64,000 nt of DNA from Polyangiaceae bacterium (GCA_035063585.1 JAPSGB010000003.1:320001-384000); one strand, 5' to 3'; positions 30,446 to 42,723 are shown, counted from the first letter of the stretch. A program made the numbers and translations. Notes: generated by a model not told the origin, from the letters alone.

Positions 30446-31009
30446 ATGTCAGATCTCGCTCCCGGGCTCCTGGTGGCGGCGCCGCCGCTCGGCGACCCGA
30501 ACTTCGATCGCTCCGTGGTGCTCCTCGCGTCGCACGGCCCGGAGGGCGCGTTCGGCTGGGTCATCAACGGGCGCGAGGTCATGACGCTGCAGGAGCTCCT
30601 GGTTCGCGCCGAGGTCACCACCGAGCTGGTGGACGTCGCCGGCAGCGTGCGGATCGGAGGCCCGGTGAGCCCCGAGCAGGTGTGGCTCGTCTACCGCACC
30701 GAGCACCGCCTCGCGGAGCTCGAGGGTCAGTTCGAGGTCGGTGAGGGCATCACCGCGACCGCGTCGCGCAAGGTGCTCGAGGCGGTCGCCGCCGGCCAGT
30801 TCGCGAACCCGCTGGTCGGGCTGGTCGGCTACGCGGGCTGGGCGCCGAGCCAGCTCGAGAACGAGATCCGATCGGGCGCGTGGCTGCCGACCGACGTCGA
30901 GCCGTCGATCGTGTTCGACTGCCCGCGCGACCGCGTCTGGACGCGCGCCTACGAGCGCGTGGGGACCACGCCCATCGCCTTCACGTCGCGGACGGTCGGC
31001 TCGGCTTGA
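30446..31009 (+). CDS. YqgE/AlgH (UPF0301) family protein
   Basis: LLVA.P...DPNFDRSV, GGPV, GYAGWAPSQLENEI..GAW. Confidence 0.92.
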   Translation: MSDLAPGLLVAAPPLGDPNFDRSVVLLASHGPEGAFGWVINGREVMTLQELLVRAEVTTELVDVAGSVRIGGPVSPEQVWLVYRTEHRLAELEGQFEVGEGITATASRKVLEAVAAGQFANPLVGLVGYAGWAPSQLENEIRSGAWLPTDVEPSIVFDCPRDRVWTRAYERVGTTPIAFTSRTVGSA

Positions 31010-31872
31010 CGCGCGGCGCGCGGGTCACCTGGGCCGCGCTCGGCGGCGCCGCGCTCGCGCTCTCCGCGTTCGGGAGCGCGAGCGCCGGCGATCCGCCCGC
31101 GCCGCGCGCGCGCCCGCGCGGCTGCCCGCCCGAGATGGCGCGAGTCGGCGAGTATTGCATCGATCGCTGGGAGGCGTCCATGGTCGACCGCCGCACCGGC
31201 AACCCGCTCTCGCCGTACTATCCGCCGGCGCGCGTGCTGCTCCGCCGCGTGCGCGCGGTCTGGGAGACGGAGCGCCTCGCGGAGGGCAGCCCGGGGGCGC
31301 GCGCGCTCCCGCTCCCCGATATTTCCACGTGGCAACGAACCCACGCGTTCGAGCCGAAGGCGGTGTCGCGTCCGGGGGTCGTGCCGCAGGGCTACCTCAG
31401 CTATCACCTGGCCAAGAGGGCCTGCGAAAACGCTGGCAAGCGCCTCTGCACGGAAGATGAGTGGGTGACCGCGTGCAAGGGTCGGCGCGGCACCGCGCAG
31501 CCCTACGGCCCGGCCTTCGAGCGCGCGCGCTGCAACGTCTTTCGGCGCATCCATCCCGCCGCGGTGCTCCACGACGACGCGTCGGTCGGTCACACCGATC
31601 CGCGCCTCAACCTCGTCGTGGAGGACGGCCAGTGGCCGCTGCTCGCGCTCACCGGGGCGACCACCGGGTGCGTGAGCCAGTGGGGCGCGGACGGCGTCTA
31701 CGACATGGTCGGCAACCTGGACGAGTGGATCGCCGACGAGCACGGGGTGTTCGTCGGTGGGTTCTACGCGCGCTCCACCACCAAGGGCTGTGAGGCGCGG
31801 GTCGCGAGCCACGCCCCCGCCTACTACGACTACTCGCTCGGGACGCGCTGCTGCGCCGACGCCGCGCGCTGA
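31006..31872 (+). CDS. FGE-sulfatase domain secreted protein
   Basis: CPPEMA, CIDRWE, GKRLCTEDEW, YDMVGNLDEW, GTRCC; TTG start overlapping the yqgE stop. Confidence 0.85.
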   Translation: MTRGARVTWAALGGAALALSAFGSASAGDPPAPRARPRGCPPEMARVGEYCIDRWEASMVDRRTGNPLSPYYPPARVLLRRVRAVWETERLAEGSPGARALPLPDISTWQRTHAFEPKAVSRPGVVPQGYLSYHLAKRACENAGKRLCTEDEWVTACKGRRGTAQPYGPAFERARCNVFRRIHPAAVLHDDASVGHTDPRLNLVVEDGQWPLLALTGATTGCVSQWGADGVYDMVGNLDEWIADEHGVFVGGFYARSTTKGCEARVASHAPAYYDYSLGTRCCADAAR

Positions 31873-31994
31873 CCCGCCTCCGGCCCTACTAGTGAACGAA
31901 ATCAAGAATGGTTCACTCGAGGCGAACCTGCCTCGCGACCGGCGGCGGTCTCCAGGTTTTGCCGGTCCGGCGCGGAACCCCGCGGCGCGCCGCC

Positions 31995-32762
31995 TCAGGC
32001 CGTCACGCCGCCGCCGACCAGCCGCGCGAGCCGCGCGAGCGCGCTCGCGACCTCACGCGCGAGCGCCGGTTCCGCCGGCTCGACCGCGAAGCGTGACCAG
32101 CCGAGCACGATGAGCCGCTCGCGCGGGACGAGCGGCGAGGGTAGGGAACGGAGCACCAGCGTCGAGCCGCCGTCCTCCTCCCACTCGAGCGCGACGTCGC
32201 GCCCCGGGACGTTGGCGAGCACGCGCCCGCTCATCGGCGCGCCGCCCGCGAGCTCGAGCTGGTAGCGTGAGCCCTCGGACCCCACGCTCCCGCGCCGCGC
32301 CAACCAACCCCCGAGGGCGGAGGCCGCGGTGAAGTAGACGTGGAGCGTCTCGCTCGACACGCGCGCGGGCTGCGCGAACCAGGTCACGCGGCGCTCCCGT
32401 CCGGGGTGACGCTCGAGCGCGTGCGCGAGCAGCGCGAGCGACACGCGCCACGAGGAGGTGACGCCCGCGCGCTCCTCCTCCGAGTCGGGCTCGGTGTGCT
32501 CGAGCAGGAGCTTGCCCGGCGCGAGCGCGAGTGTGACCCGCGCGCCGCCACCCTCGAAGGTGATCCGGCGGTGCCGGTCGAGCTCCGCGATCTCGAGCGT
32601 GAGCGCCGCGCCGAGCCCGGGCCACGCGAGCTCGAGGGTGCCGCCCGGCGTCACGCTGCCCTTCACCTCGTCGGCCTGCCAGCGTGCGAGCCCCTCGGGC
32701 GTCGCGCACGCCTCCCACACTTCCCCGGCGGTCGCCGTGACGCGCTGCTCCAAGCGGATCAT
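31995..32762 (-). CDS. Tandem SRPBCC (AHSA1/START-like) domain protein
   Basis: VWEACATPEGLARW and YFTAASALGGW repeats; ATG after GGAGG. Confidence 0.75.
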   Translation of the reverse strand: MIRLEQRVTATAGEVWEACATPEGLARWQADEVKGSVTPGGTLELAWPGLGAALTLEIAELDRHRRITFEGGGARVTLALAPGKLLLEHTEPDSEEERAGVTSSWRVSLALLAHALERHPGRERRVTWFAQPARVSSETLHVYFTAASALGGWLARRGSVGSEGSRYQLELAGGAPMSGRVLANVPGRDVALEWEEDGGSTLVLRSLPSPLVPRERLIVLGWSRFAVEPAEPALAREVASALARLARLVGGGVTA

Positions 32763-32982
32763 CGCTCGACCTCCCTGGGCGCCGCTCGCGTTCGCCCTCG
32801 CTGCACGGCTACAGCGACCCCGAAAATGCGGCGCGCTTCTCTGCAATTCACACCGCGCGCACGCTCCGATTTGCTCTGCGCCATCTCGCTTCGTGCTCTA
32901 GATTACCAGGCCTCGGGCCGGGCGCTCCCACTGCTCGCGAGGCCCGAGCGATCCACTGCTCGAGATCCGGAGTAGCCGCACC

Positions 32983-34248
32983 ATGCGTCATCCTTCCCTG
33001 CTCGTCACCTCTCTCGTCCTGCTCCCGCTCCTCTCCGCCTGCAGCTCGGCGAGTGACCCGGGTCCGTCGGTGCTCGCGCGCAGCATGGCGCGGATCTCGG
33101 GCGGCGCCGTCGACAACACGCACACCGCCGTGGTCGGCATCTTCATGCAGAACGGCCACATGGGCGGCATGTGCACGGGCTCGCTCATCGCGCCGAACCT
33201 GGTGCTGACCGCGCGACACTGCGTGGCCTCGCTGCCGAGCGAGTCGGTGATGTGCGGCTCCACGACCTTCGGCGATACCTTCCCGGCGAGCTCGTTCTAC
33301 GTCACCACCAACACGACCTTCAGCTACGACCAGAGCGCCTACGTCGGTTCATCCGAGGTGCGCGTGCCGAGCGAGGGCTCGGACGCCTGCGGCTTCGACG
33401 TCGCGCTCATCATCCTCTCGAAGCCGATCCCGGCGAGCCAGGCCACCCCGTACGTGCCGCGCGTGGATCAGGAGGTCGTGGTGGGCGAGCCCTACACCGC
33501 GATCGGGTTCGGGCAGACGAGCGACGGGAGCCAGAACAGCGGAGGAACGCGAATGCAGCGCGGCGGGCTGCGCGTGAGCTGGCACGCCGGCGAGAGCCTC
33601 CCCGAGGTGTGCGGCAGCACCATGTGCGGCTACGGGCTCGCGTCGAGCGAGTGGCAAGGCGAGACGGGGGTGTGCTCCGGGGACTCGGGCGGCCCGGCCA
33701 TCGACGCCGAGAACCGCGTCATCGGGGTCGTCTCGCGCGGCAGTCAGGGTTGCCAGACGCCGATCTACGGCGGGGTCGCGCCGTGGAAGGACTTCATCAT
33801 GCAGGGCGCGCTCGACGCGGCAGAGGCGGGCGGCTACGAGCCGCCCTCGTGGGCGCTCACCGGCAGCACCGAGGGGAGCGGCGGCGCGGGCGGCGCGAGC
33901 GGCGGCGCAGGTGGCGCGAGCGGCGGCGCGGGCGGCGGGAGCGATGCGCAGGGCCAGTCCTGTAGCGCCGGCGCTCCGTGCCCGACCGGCTACGCGTGCG
34001 TCTACGACAGCGATCCGAGCCACGCGTATTGCGCGGCGGCGTGCGCCTCGAACAGCGACTGCGAGGACGGGCTCGCCTGTAACCCCGCGCTCCACGCCTG
34101 TATGAGCCCGCCCGCGGCGAGCGAGCCCGCCTCCGCGGAGAGCGCCAGCGGTTGCGCGTTCGTGCGAGACCGCGGCCCGGCGAGACCGGTGCCCTGGCTC
34201 ATCGGCGCGGGGCTCGCGCTGGTCGCCTCCCTCAGGCGACGCCGCTGA
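32983..34248 (+). CDS. S1 trypsin-like protease with Cys-rich domain and MYXO-CTERM-like sorting tail
   Basis: CTGSLIAPNLVLTARHC, DVAL, CSGDSGGP; C-terminal SGC...PWLIGAGLALVASLRRRR. Confidence 0.9.
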   Translation: MRHPSLLVTSLVLLPLLSACSSASDPGPSVLARSMARISGGAVDNTHTAVVGIFMQNGHMGGMCTGSLIAPNLVLTARHCVASLPSESVMCGSTTFGDTFPASSFYVTTNTTFSYDQSAYVGSSEVRVPSEGSDACGFDVALIILSKPIPASQATPYVPRVDQEVVVGEPYTAIGFGQTSDGSQNSGGTRMQRGGLRVSWHAGESLPEVCGSTMCGYGLASSEWQGETGVCSGDSGGPAIDAENRVIGVVSRGSQGCQTPIYGGVAPWKDFIMQGALDAAEAGGYEPPSWALTGSTEGSGGAGGASGGAGGASGGAGGGSDAQGQSCSAGAPCPTGYACVYDSDPSHAYCAAACASNSDCEDGLACNPALHACMSPPAASEPASAESASGCAFVRDRGPARPVPWLIGAGLALVASLRRRR

Positions 34249-34289
34249 CCATCGCGCACGCCTCGACGCGGCGAAGCGCCCGCGCACGA

Positions 34290-34324
34290 AAGAGCCCGAC
34301 CCGGTGAGACCTGGTCGGGCTCTT
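34290..34324. terminator. Hairpin terminator between the convergent protease gene and tRNA
   Basis: AAGAGCCCGACC (34290-34301) / GGTCGGGCTCTT (34313-34324) inverted repeat with short T-runs. Confidence 0.6.
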
Positions 34325-34336
34325 GGCCATCTCCGG

Positions 34337-34409
<73 letters not shown>

Positions 34410-34426
34410 GGGACTTAGGGACCGGG

Positions 34427-34454
34427 AGGGTAGCCACGGCCTCTCTCCTGTCAA
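34427..34454 (-). promoter_or_regulatory. Putative sigma70 promoter of tRNA-Ala
   Basis: TTGACA-16 bp-TACCCT on the minus strand. Confidence 0.55.
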
Positions 34455-34512
34455 CCAGAATCGACGCGCGTTCGAGTTGGCACGATCCTGTCCCGGCGCC
34501 TCGAGAGAGCGG

Positions 34513-34540
34513 TTGACCCGCCCTTCGCGGTGGTTATGTT
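34513..34540 (+). promoter_or_regulatory. Putative sigma70 promoter of dnaK
   Basis: TTGACC-16 bp-TATGTT. Confidence 0.45.
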
Positions 34541-34673
34541 CGGGCCCGACCCCACGATTCGCGAAGCGGATCGGAACCGGGCTCGCGACGGACCGACGGA
34601 CGATTTCGAGTCCGCCGTCGTGGTGCCAGCGCCCTCGGGGCTTTCGACCAGATCGCGGTAGGAGAAGACGACA

Positions 34674-36584
<1,911 letters not shown>

Positions 36585-36586
36585 GC

Positions 36587-37819
36587 GTGACGGCGCAGGA
36601 CGTCGTGATCGTCGGTGGAGGGCCAGCCGGGCTCTCCACCGCGCTCTTCCTGGTTCACGCGGCTCCCTCGCTCGCGGGGCGCATCGTCGTGCTCGAGAAG
36701 GCGCGCTACCCGCGCGAGAAGTTTTGCGCCGGCGCGATCGGAGCCCGGGCGGACCGGCTGCTCGGCTCGATCGGCGTGGTCGTCGACGTGCCGTCGGTGT
36801 GGTTCGACAGCATCGCCTTCCGTGCGCTCGGTGAGACGACCGTGGTAAACGAAGGCCGGATCGGGCGCGTCGTCCGGCGCATCGAGTTCGATCACGCGCT
36901 CGCCCGCATCGCGCGCGAGCGCGGGATTCGGATCGTCGAGGACGCGCAGGTCACCGGGCTCACGCGCGTGCCCGGCGGCGTCGAGGTCGAGAGCCTCGCC
37001 GGTCGTTTCCGAGCGCGCGCGCTGATCGGCGCCGACGGCGTCACGAGCGTGGTGCGAAAGTGGCTCGGCCTCCCTTCCTCGCGCTTCCGAGCGCAGGCGC
37101 TCGAGATCGATACCGAGCCGGTCGCGGGGGATCTCTCGCGCGACGCCATCTTGTTCGACGTCTCGCATCGCGAGCTACCGGGCTACTACTGGGATTTCCC
37201 GACCATCGTCGACGGTCAGGAGCTCGTTTGCCGCGGGGTCTACCTGCTCCGCATGGACGACGACCAGCCGGCGCCGGAGATTCAGGACGTCCTCGAGGCC
37301 GAGCTCGAGAAGCGCGGGCTCCGCCTCGCTGATTACAAGAAGAAGCGCTACGCCGAGCGCGGGTTCGAGCGCCACGCGCCGGTGTCGCGCGCGAACGTGC
37401 TCTTGGTCGGTGAGGCGGCCGGGATCGATCCGGTGACCGGCGAGGGGATCGCGCAGGCCATCCAGTACGGCGCCGTCGCGGGCGGGTACCTCGCGCGGAA
37501 GCTGCGCGGGCGCGACCTCGACTTCGCAGACTGGCCCGCCGAGATCCGCGCGACGATGATCGGACGCGATCTCTTCGTGCGCTCGGCCGGCGTCAACCTC
37601 TTCTACGGCCCGCCGCGCGCGTTCATCGAGCGGTTCCTGCTCGACACGCCTGACTTCATTCGAGTCGGCATCCAACATTTCGCGGGGAAGCCGTGGTCAC
37701 GCGCCGCCATCCTGCGCGCCTGCTGGGGCGCGGTGAAGAGCGGCGTCCGCTGGACGCTCGGTGACGGCGGGCGCCGAGGTCCGGTCGAGAACGCCCTCGA
37801 GCGCGGCCCCGCCGCCTGA
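36587..37819 (+). CDS. FAD-dependent oxidoreductase (geranylgeranyl reductase-like)
   Basis: IVGGGPAG, PREKFCAG, RIEFDH.L, IGADG, LVGEAAG.DPVTGEGI. Confidence 0.85.
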   Translation: MTAQDVVIVGGGPAGLSTALFLVHAAPSLAGRIVVLEKARYPREKFCAGAIGARADRLLGSIGVVVDVPSVWFDSIAFRALGETTVVNEGRIGRVVRRIEFDHALARIARERGIRIVEDAQVTGLTRVPGGVEVESLAGRFRARALIGADGVTSVVRKWLGLPSSRFRAQALEIDTEPVAGDLSRDAILFDVSHRELPGYYWDFPTIVDGQELVCRGVYLLRMDDDQPAPEIQDVLEAELEKRGLRLADYKKKRYAERGFERHAPVSRANVLLVGEAAGIDPVTGEGIAQAIQYGAVAGGYLARKLRGRDLDFADWPAEIRATMIGRDLFVRSAGVNLFYGPPRAFIERFLLDTPDFIRVGIQHFAGKPWSRAAILRACWGAVKSGVRWTLGDGGRRGPVENALERGPAA

Positions 37820-38006
37820 GCGGGCGGCTGCCTCGTCGGTCGGCGCCCGGGAGCGCCGCGGGTGTGGCGGGCGGAGCGCTGCTCGTCGAGAAAGCCCAGG
37901 ACTCGAGGCCGGGGGTCGGTCCGGCGCGGCCGGCGGCGGGGCGCCTCGCTCCCGGAGGCGTCGGCGGTGGTTCCCCTCCGTGCCGGGCGGTGTAGAGTCC
38001 CCGGCC

Positions 38007-39950
38007 ATGAAGCTGCTCCGTCGCTCGTCCTTCGCGCTCGTGTCGCTCGCGTTGCTTGCCGGCTGCGGCGGCGGAGGGGCAAAGCCTCCCGCGGCCCCCG
38101 CGAAGTCTGGCGACGCGGTGATGCCGACCGAGCACATCACGTCCGAGGCGCGGCCCGACCTCAGCCCGGTGCCCGCGCCGGAGGGGCTCATCGCTGTCGC
38201 GCGCATCACCAACCCGGGCGGGCTGGCGGACCGCGCGCTCGGGTGGACGGGGCTGCCGCTCGACTGGCGGGCGCTCCTGACGAAGAAGGATCCCGACCTG
38301 TTGAGGGTCCTCGCGCCGGCGGCGTCGATCGACGCTGCGCTGGTGCTCGATCCAGCCAGCAGTGACGACGACCCGAAGTTCCTCGCCGCCGTCTCGGTGC
38401 CGCTGAGCTCGCTCGATCTCGCGCTCGAGCTCGCCCGCAAGAACAGCGCGAGCGTGCAAATGGTGCGACCCGGCGTCTATCGCGCGTCGATGCACGGCAG
38501 CGACTGCGCCCTCGCGGCGGCGGCGGGCCCCGCGCCGGCGCGCCTCGTCTGCGGAGACAACGACGCGCAGGTCGACGCGCTCTTGCCCTACGTCACTCGC
38601 ACGCTGCCCACCGAGCGGCTCACCTCGTCCGATATCCACTTCGAGTTCCGCGCGGCGCCGGTCCAGATGCGCTACGTGCCCCAGCTCCGTCGCCTACGGC
38701 AGATGGCGCTCGGCGCACTGCTCGGCAAGCTCGAGCTCGACAGCCCGGCCTTCGACCGGGCGCTGTCGGACGTGGTGCACAGCGTGGCCGACGAGGCGCT
38801 CACGCTCGTCGAAGAGCTGGACACCTTCGCGATCGACGCCTGGCTGCGAGACGACCCGGCGCTCATCGAGGCGAAGGCGTCGCTCCGCTTCAAGGGCTCG
38901 AGCTCGTGGGCCGTGCAGACGCTCCTCGACGCGGGCAAGCGCGCCGCGCCGCCCTCCGACATGTTCTGGCGGCTGCCCGCGGACGCGGGCGCCGCGAGCT
39001 TCTCGGTCGGTGCGGCTCCGAAGCGCTTCGAGCCCATCGGGCACACCCTCGGTGAGCTCGCCGACGGCTACCTCGCGCACGAGAAGATGCCGCGGAAGAC
39101 CCGCGATCAGGTGGTCGATCTGCTGGAGGGCCTCTTCTCCCTATCCTCGGGCGCGGTGACCGCGCACGGGAGTTTGCCCGCTGCCACCGCCGGCCGTGAC
39201 CAGCCCGTCGAGTCGGGCGCGAGCGCACGCGAGAAGTTCCGGAGCATGCTCGGCTGGTACGTCATCGGCGTGGACGTCCAGGCGGAGACCTACCGCAAGC
39301 TCCTCGGCACCTTGATGAGCGTGTTCAACGACCCCCAACTCCGCAAGCCGCTCGGCGTCGACGCGAAGCTGTTTCCGAAGCTCACCACGCGCGCGGCGCG
39401 CGGCGCCGGGCTCGCGCCGGGCTCGAAGGCGTACGTGCTCACGCTGCCGGGGGAGCTCTTGAAGGATTTCGACGGCCCTTCGTTCGTCGAGGGTGAGGCC
39501 GGTCCTCGGAAGAAGCAGGTAGTGCCGGCGCCGCTCTCGATCGTGCTCATCCTGATGCCGGACGGCGCGCGGACCTGGCTCGGCATCTCCACCGACGAGG
39601 CGGTCCTCAGCGCGAAGCTCGCCCAGGTCCGCAAGCCCGCCGGTGACCAGAGCCTCGAGAAGCGCGCCGGGCTCGGCGCACTCCGCACCGGGAAGGTGAT
39701 CTCGGGCGGCTTCATGACCGTGGCCGGCGTGCTCGACTCGCCGAACGCCCTGAGCGAGCTCGGGATTAGCCCCGGGACGCTGCTTCGCGCGGCGCCGCAC
39801 CACGGCGAGACGCCGATCCTGATGTCCTTCACCGTAGAGCCGGGAGCGGCCCCGTCGCTCGTGTGGCGCTCGACCACCCCGCGCGCGGTCGTCGAGGATC
39901 TGGCGACCATCGGCACCAGCGTGGCCGGCGGACTCCCCGTCAAGCCGTGA
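38007..39950 (+). CDS. Large hypothetical lipoprotein
   Basis: MKLLRRSSFALVSLALLAGC lipoprotein signal; typical codon usage. Confidence 0.75.
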   Translation: MKLLRRSSFALVSLALLAGCGGGGAKPPAAPAKSGDAVMPTEHITSEARPDLSPVPAPEGLIAVARITNPGGLADRALGWTGLPLDWRALLTKKDPDLLRVLAPAASIDAALVLDPASSDDDPKFLAAVSVPLSSLDLALELARKNSASVQMVRPGVYRASMHGSDCALAAAAGPAPARLVCGDNDAQVDALLPYVTRTLPTERLTSSDIHFEFRAAPVQMRYVPQLRRLRQMALGALLGKLELDSPAFDRALSDVVHSVADEALTLVEELDTFAIDAWLRDDPALIEAKASLRFKGSSSWAVQTLLDAGKRAAPPSDMFWRLPADAGAASFSVGAAPKRFEPIGHTLGELADGYLAHEKMPRKTRDQVVDLLEGLFSLSSGAVTAHGSLPAATAGRDQPVESGASAREKFRSMLGWYVIGVDVQAETYRKLLGTLMSVFNDPQLRKPLGVDAKLFPKLTTRAARGAGLAPGSKAYVLTLPGELLKDFDGPSFVEGEAGPRKKQVVPAPLSIVLILMPDGARTWLGISTDEAVLSAKLAQVRKPAGDQSLEKRAGLGALRTGKVISGGFMTVAGVLDSPNALSELGISPGTLLRAAPHHGETPILMSFTVEPGAAPSLVWRSTTPRAVVEDLATIGTSVAGGLPVKP

Positions 39951-40141
39951 GCGGTGCGCCGAGCCGGGCGGCCCGGTGAGTCGGCGGGCCCGGCGCGCGG
40001 ACGGCGCCCGGTGACGCCGGCCGCGCCGGAGCGGCCTCTCTCTCCTCGCGGTTGATGGGCCGGCTGACCGGCCTCTGGAACAAACCGGCGCACCCGCGAA
40101 GTTGGCCAGCCTCGGGGCGTCATGTAACCAACGGTCGCAGG

Positions 40142-41911
40142 ATGTGTGCATCAAACCGACATCTGGTCGCGCTGGCGCTGCTGCTCGCCGTTGGGACGCT
40201 CGCCGGGCGGGCCAGCGCCTGGGTCGAGAGCGCGGTCGAGTCGGACGTGGTGACCATCGACGTGGATCGCTCCGGGATGGCGACCGTGGCGCACGAGCTC
40301 CTCGTCAAGGTGCGCGGGGGGCCGCTGCTCGGCATCGAGCTCGCGGGCATCGACGCCGACGCGGAGCCGCTCCCCGACGCGACGGTGACCGCGGCCGGGA
40401 GCGGCGCGGTCGCGCCGCTGCCGCTCCTCCTCGGGAAGAAGGACGACGGGACGTTGCGCGTCGAGATCGACGCGCCCAAGGGGATCCGGACCGGCAGCTA
40501 TCTGTTCAAGCTCGCTTACCGGACCCACCTGATGGCGCGCCAGCCCGTCGCGCCGACCAGCGCCGAGGTGACGCTCGGGTGGACCGGTCCGCGCTTCGAC
40601 GACGGCATCGACTCGGCGCGGGTCGTGTTCAGGCTCCCGCCCGCGCCGACCGCGCCGCGCCTGCCCGCGGTGGGCGAGGGAGGCGAGCCCATCGACGGGC
40701 TCTTCCTCGCGACCTTGCGGCGCGCGGCCGACAAGGACGAGCTCGAGGTCGCGCGCCCGCACATCGCCAAGGGCGAGCCGGTGCGCTGGCAGGTGACGGT
40801 CGACGCGCGAGCCTTCGACGGGCTCGCCCGAGCGGCCGCGCCGGCAGAGGTCTTCGCGCCGGTCGACGCGCCGCCGAGCGCGCGGACGCGCGCGCTCGCG
40901 GGCGCGATCGGGCTCGCGCTCCTGCTCGTCTACGCCTGGCTCGTGATGTGGAAGTGGCGCGCGACCACGCGCGCCTGCGTCGCGCGTGGCGGCGCGCCGC
41001 GCGCTCTCGTGCCGCTGCCGGCGGCGTGGCGCGCGGTGCTCGCCGGGACGGCGCTCACCGCCGCGGTCGCGATCGGGGCGCTCACCGAGCTGCCCTCGCT
41101 CGCGGGTGTCCTCTTGCTCGCTGCCATGGCGCTCGCCGTTCAGCTCCCGCCGCGCGCCGCGCCGCCGCTGCGCGCCCCGGGGCGCTGGTTGCCGCTCTCC
41201 GACGAGGAGGCCTTCGCGAAGGAGCGCGCGAGCGCGCCGGGGCGCTGGCTCGACGCCGGCACGCCTCGAGGCTTCCTCGTGTTCGCGACGCTGCTCGGCG
41301 GCTTCGGCGGCGGCGCGCTCTTGCTCCTGCCGCGCTCGGCGTACCACGCGCTCATGCTCGCGCTCGCCTCGGCGGTGCTCCTGCCCATCTTCTGCACGGG
41401 GCGCGCCCGTGAGCTGCCCGCCGACCTCGCGCGCGAGCCGCGCGCGCTCCTCGCGTACCTCGCGCGGAAGCTGCGGAAGGACGACTCGCTCAAGGTGGTC
41501 GCGTGGGCGCGGATCCCGGACGGAGCCCACGACCCCGATGAGCTCCGGCTGCTGGTGATGCCGCGCCGCGCGCTCGCCGGGCTCACCGCCCTCGAGATCG
41601 GCGTCGAGTACCACCACGGCCTCGGCGGTCCCATCGCGCTGCCCTGCGTGCTGGTGCGCGCGGTGGACGGCTCGCTCACCTATCGCTCACTCCCGCGGAG
41701 CGTCACCTGGTCGCGCGGGCGCAAGCCCGAGGAGCGGGTGGCGGTGCTCCGCCCGCGGCTGCCCACCCGCGGCATGTGCCTCGGGCTCGTGCGCCGGCTC
41801 GCAGAGATGCTCTCCGCCGATGCTCAGCCGAGCAGGCGTTCGAGCTCGGCGGGCAGGGGCGAAGCGGCGCGGAAGCCCGCGACCAGCTCGTCGCCGCTCC
41901 ACGCGATGTAG
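40142..41911 (+). CDS. Hypothetical membrane protein with exported N-terminal beta domain and several TM helices
   Basis: Signal peptide ending ASA-W; about five hydrophobic segments; 3' end overlaps the convergent rluA-type gene. Confidence 0.7.
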   Translation: MCASNRHLVALALLLAVGTLAGRASAWVESAVESDVVTIDVDRSGMATVAHELLVKVRGGPLLGIELAGIDADAEPLPDATVTAAGSGAVAPLPLLLGKKDDGTLRVEIDAPKGIRTGSYLFKLAYRTHLMARQPVAPTSAEVTLGWTGPRFDDGIDSARVVFRLPPAPTAPRLPAVGEGGEPIDGLFLATLRRAADKDELEVARPHIAKGEPVRWQVTVDARAFDGLARAAAPAEVFAPVDAPPSARTRALAGAIGLALLLVYAWLVMWKWRATTRACVARGGAPRALVPLPAAWRAVLAGTALTAAVAIGALTELPSLAGVLLLAAMALAVQLPPRAAPPLRAPGRWLPLSDEEAFAKERASAPGRWLDAGTPRGFLVFATLLGGFGGGALLLLPRSAYHALMLALASAVLLPIFCTGRARELPADLAREPRALLAYLARKLRKDDSLKVVAWARIPDGAHDPDELRLLVMPRRALAGLTALEIGVEYHHGLGGPIALPCVLVRAVDGSLTYRSLPRSVTWSRGRKPEERVAVLRPRLPTRGMCLGLVRRLAEMLSADAQPSRRSSSAGRGEAARKPATSSSPLHAM

Positions 41912-42723
41912 CTCGCGTGGAGCGCGTGGCGCGCGCCGAGCAGGCTCGCCGGCGGCCCGCCGTAGCGCGCGTCACCCGCGATGGGGTGGCCGAGGTGGGC
42001 GAGGTGCGCGCGGATCTGGTGGCGATAGGCGCGCGACACCTCGAGCTCGAGCAGCATGAACGGGCCGCCCCGGCGAACCACGGCGTAGCGCGTCTGGCGG
42101 GGCCGACCGCCCTCGCCGACGAGCACCCGCCGCGGATCGCGAGGATCCGTCTCGATGGGCGCGTCGATGAGCCCGCGCTCGGGGAGCGGCGCCCGGGCGA
42201 CGATCGCGAGGTAGCGCTTCTCGAGCCGACCTCGGGTGAGCGCCGCTCGCAGCCGCGCGAAGGCCGCCTCGTCACGCGCCACCAGCACGAGCCCGGAGGT
42301 CTCGGTGTCGAGCCGGTGCACGAGCCCCGGCTCGCGCGGGCGGTAGCCGACTCCGGCGAGCGCCGGGTAGCGGCCGAGGAGCGCGCCCGCCAAGGTGCCG
42401 CGCTCGCGCAGGGAGAGCGGCGCGGTCGGCTGCCCCGCCGGCTTCTCGACCACCAGCGCGCGCGCGCCCTCGTAGACTACCCGGAGCGGGAGGTCTGGCT
42501 CCGGCTCGAGCGCTCCCGCGCCCTCGAGCGCGACCTGGATGATGGTGCCGGCGACCGCGAGCTCGCCCTTGGTAGCGCGCCGCCGCCCGACGCGCACCGC
42601 GCCTGCGCGGAAGAGCGCGGCCGCGCCGCTCCGCCCGAGCCCCGGGATCCGCGCGACGAGCAGTTTGTCGAGCCGCTCGCCGGCCGCGCCGGGCTCGACC
42701 AGGAGCGAGAGCTCTCGCGTCAC
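41824..42723 (-). CDS. RluA family pseudouridine synthase with S4-like N-terminus
   Basis: RLDKLL, KPAG, VHRLDTETSG, HQIRAHLAHLGHPIAGDARYG, LHA; GTGA overlap with the upstream gene. Confidence 0.92.
   Translation of the reverse strand: MTRELSLLVEPGAAGERLDKLLVARIPGLGRSGAAALFRAGAVRVGRRRATKGELAVAGTIIQVALEGAGALEPEPDLPLRVVYEGARALVVEKPAGQPTAPLSLRERGTLAGALLGRYPALAGVGYRPREPGLVHRLDTETSGLVLVARDEAAFARLRAALTRGRLEKRYLAIVARAPLPERGLIDAPIETDPRDPRRVLVGEGGRPRQTRYAVVRRGGPFMLLELEVSRAYRHQIRAHLAHLGHPIAGDARYGGPPASLLGARHALHASYIAWSGDELVAGFRAASPLPAELERLLG

Noticed and set aside
34477..34492. sigma54 promoter or CIRCE upstream of dnaK (TTGGCACGATCC)
   Set aside because: No GC at the -12 position and no second CIRCE arm
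40030..40140. c-di-GMP or other riboswitch upstream of the membrane protein gene
   Set aside because: Hairpins exist (GGCCGG-ctga-CCGGCC) but conserved GEMM motifs are missing; GC-rich hairpins are expected by chance
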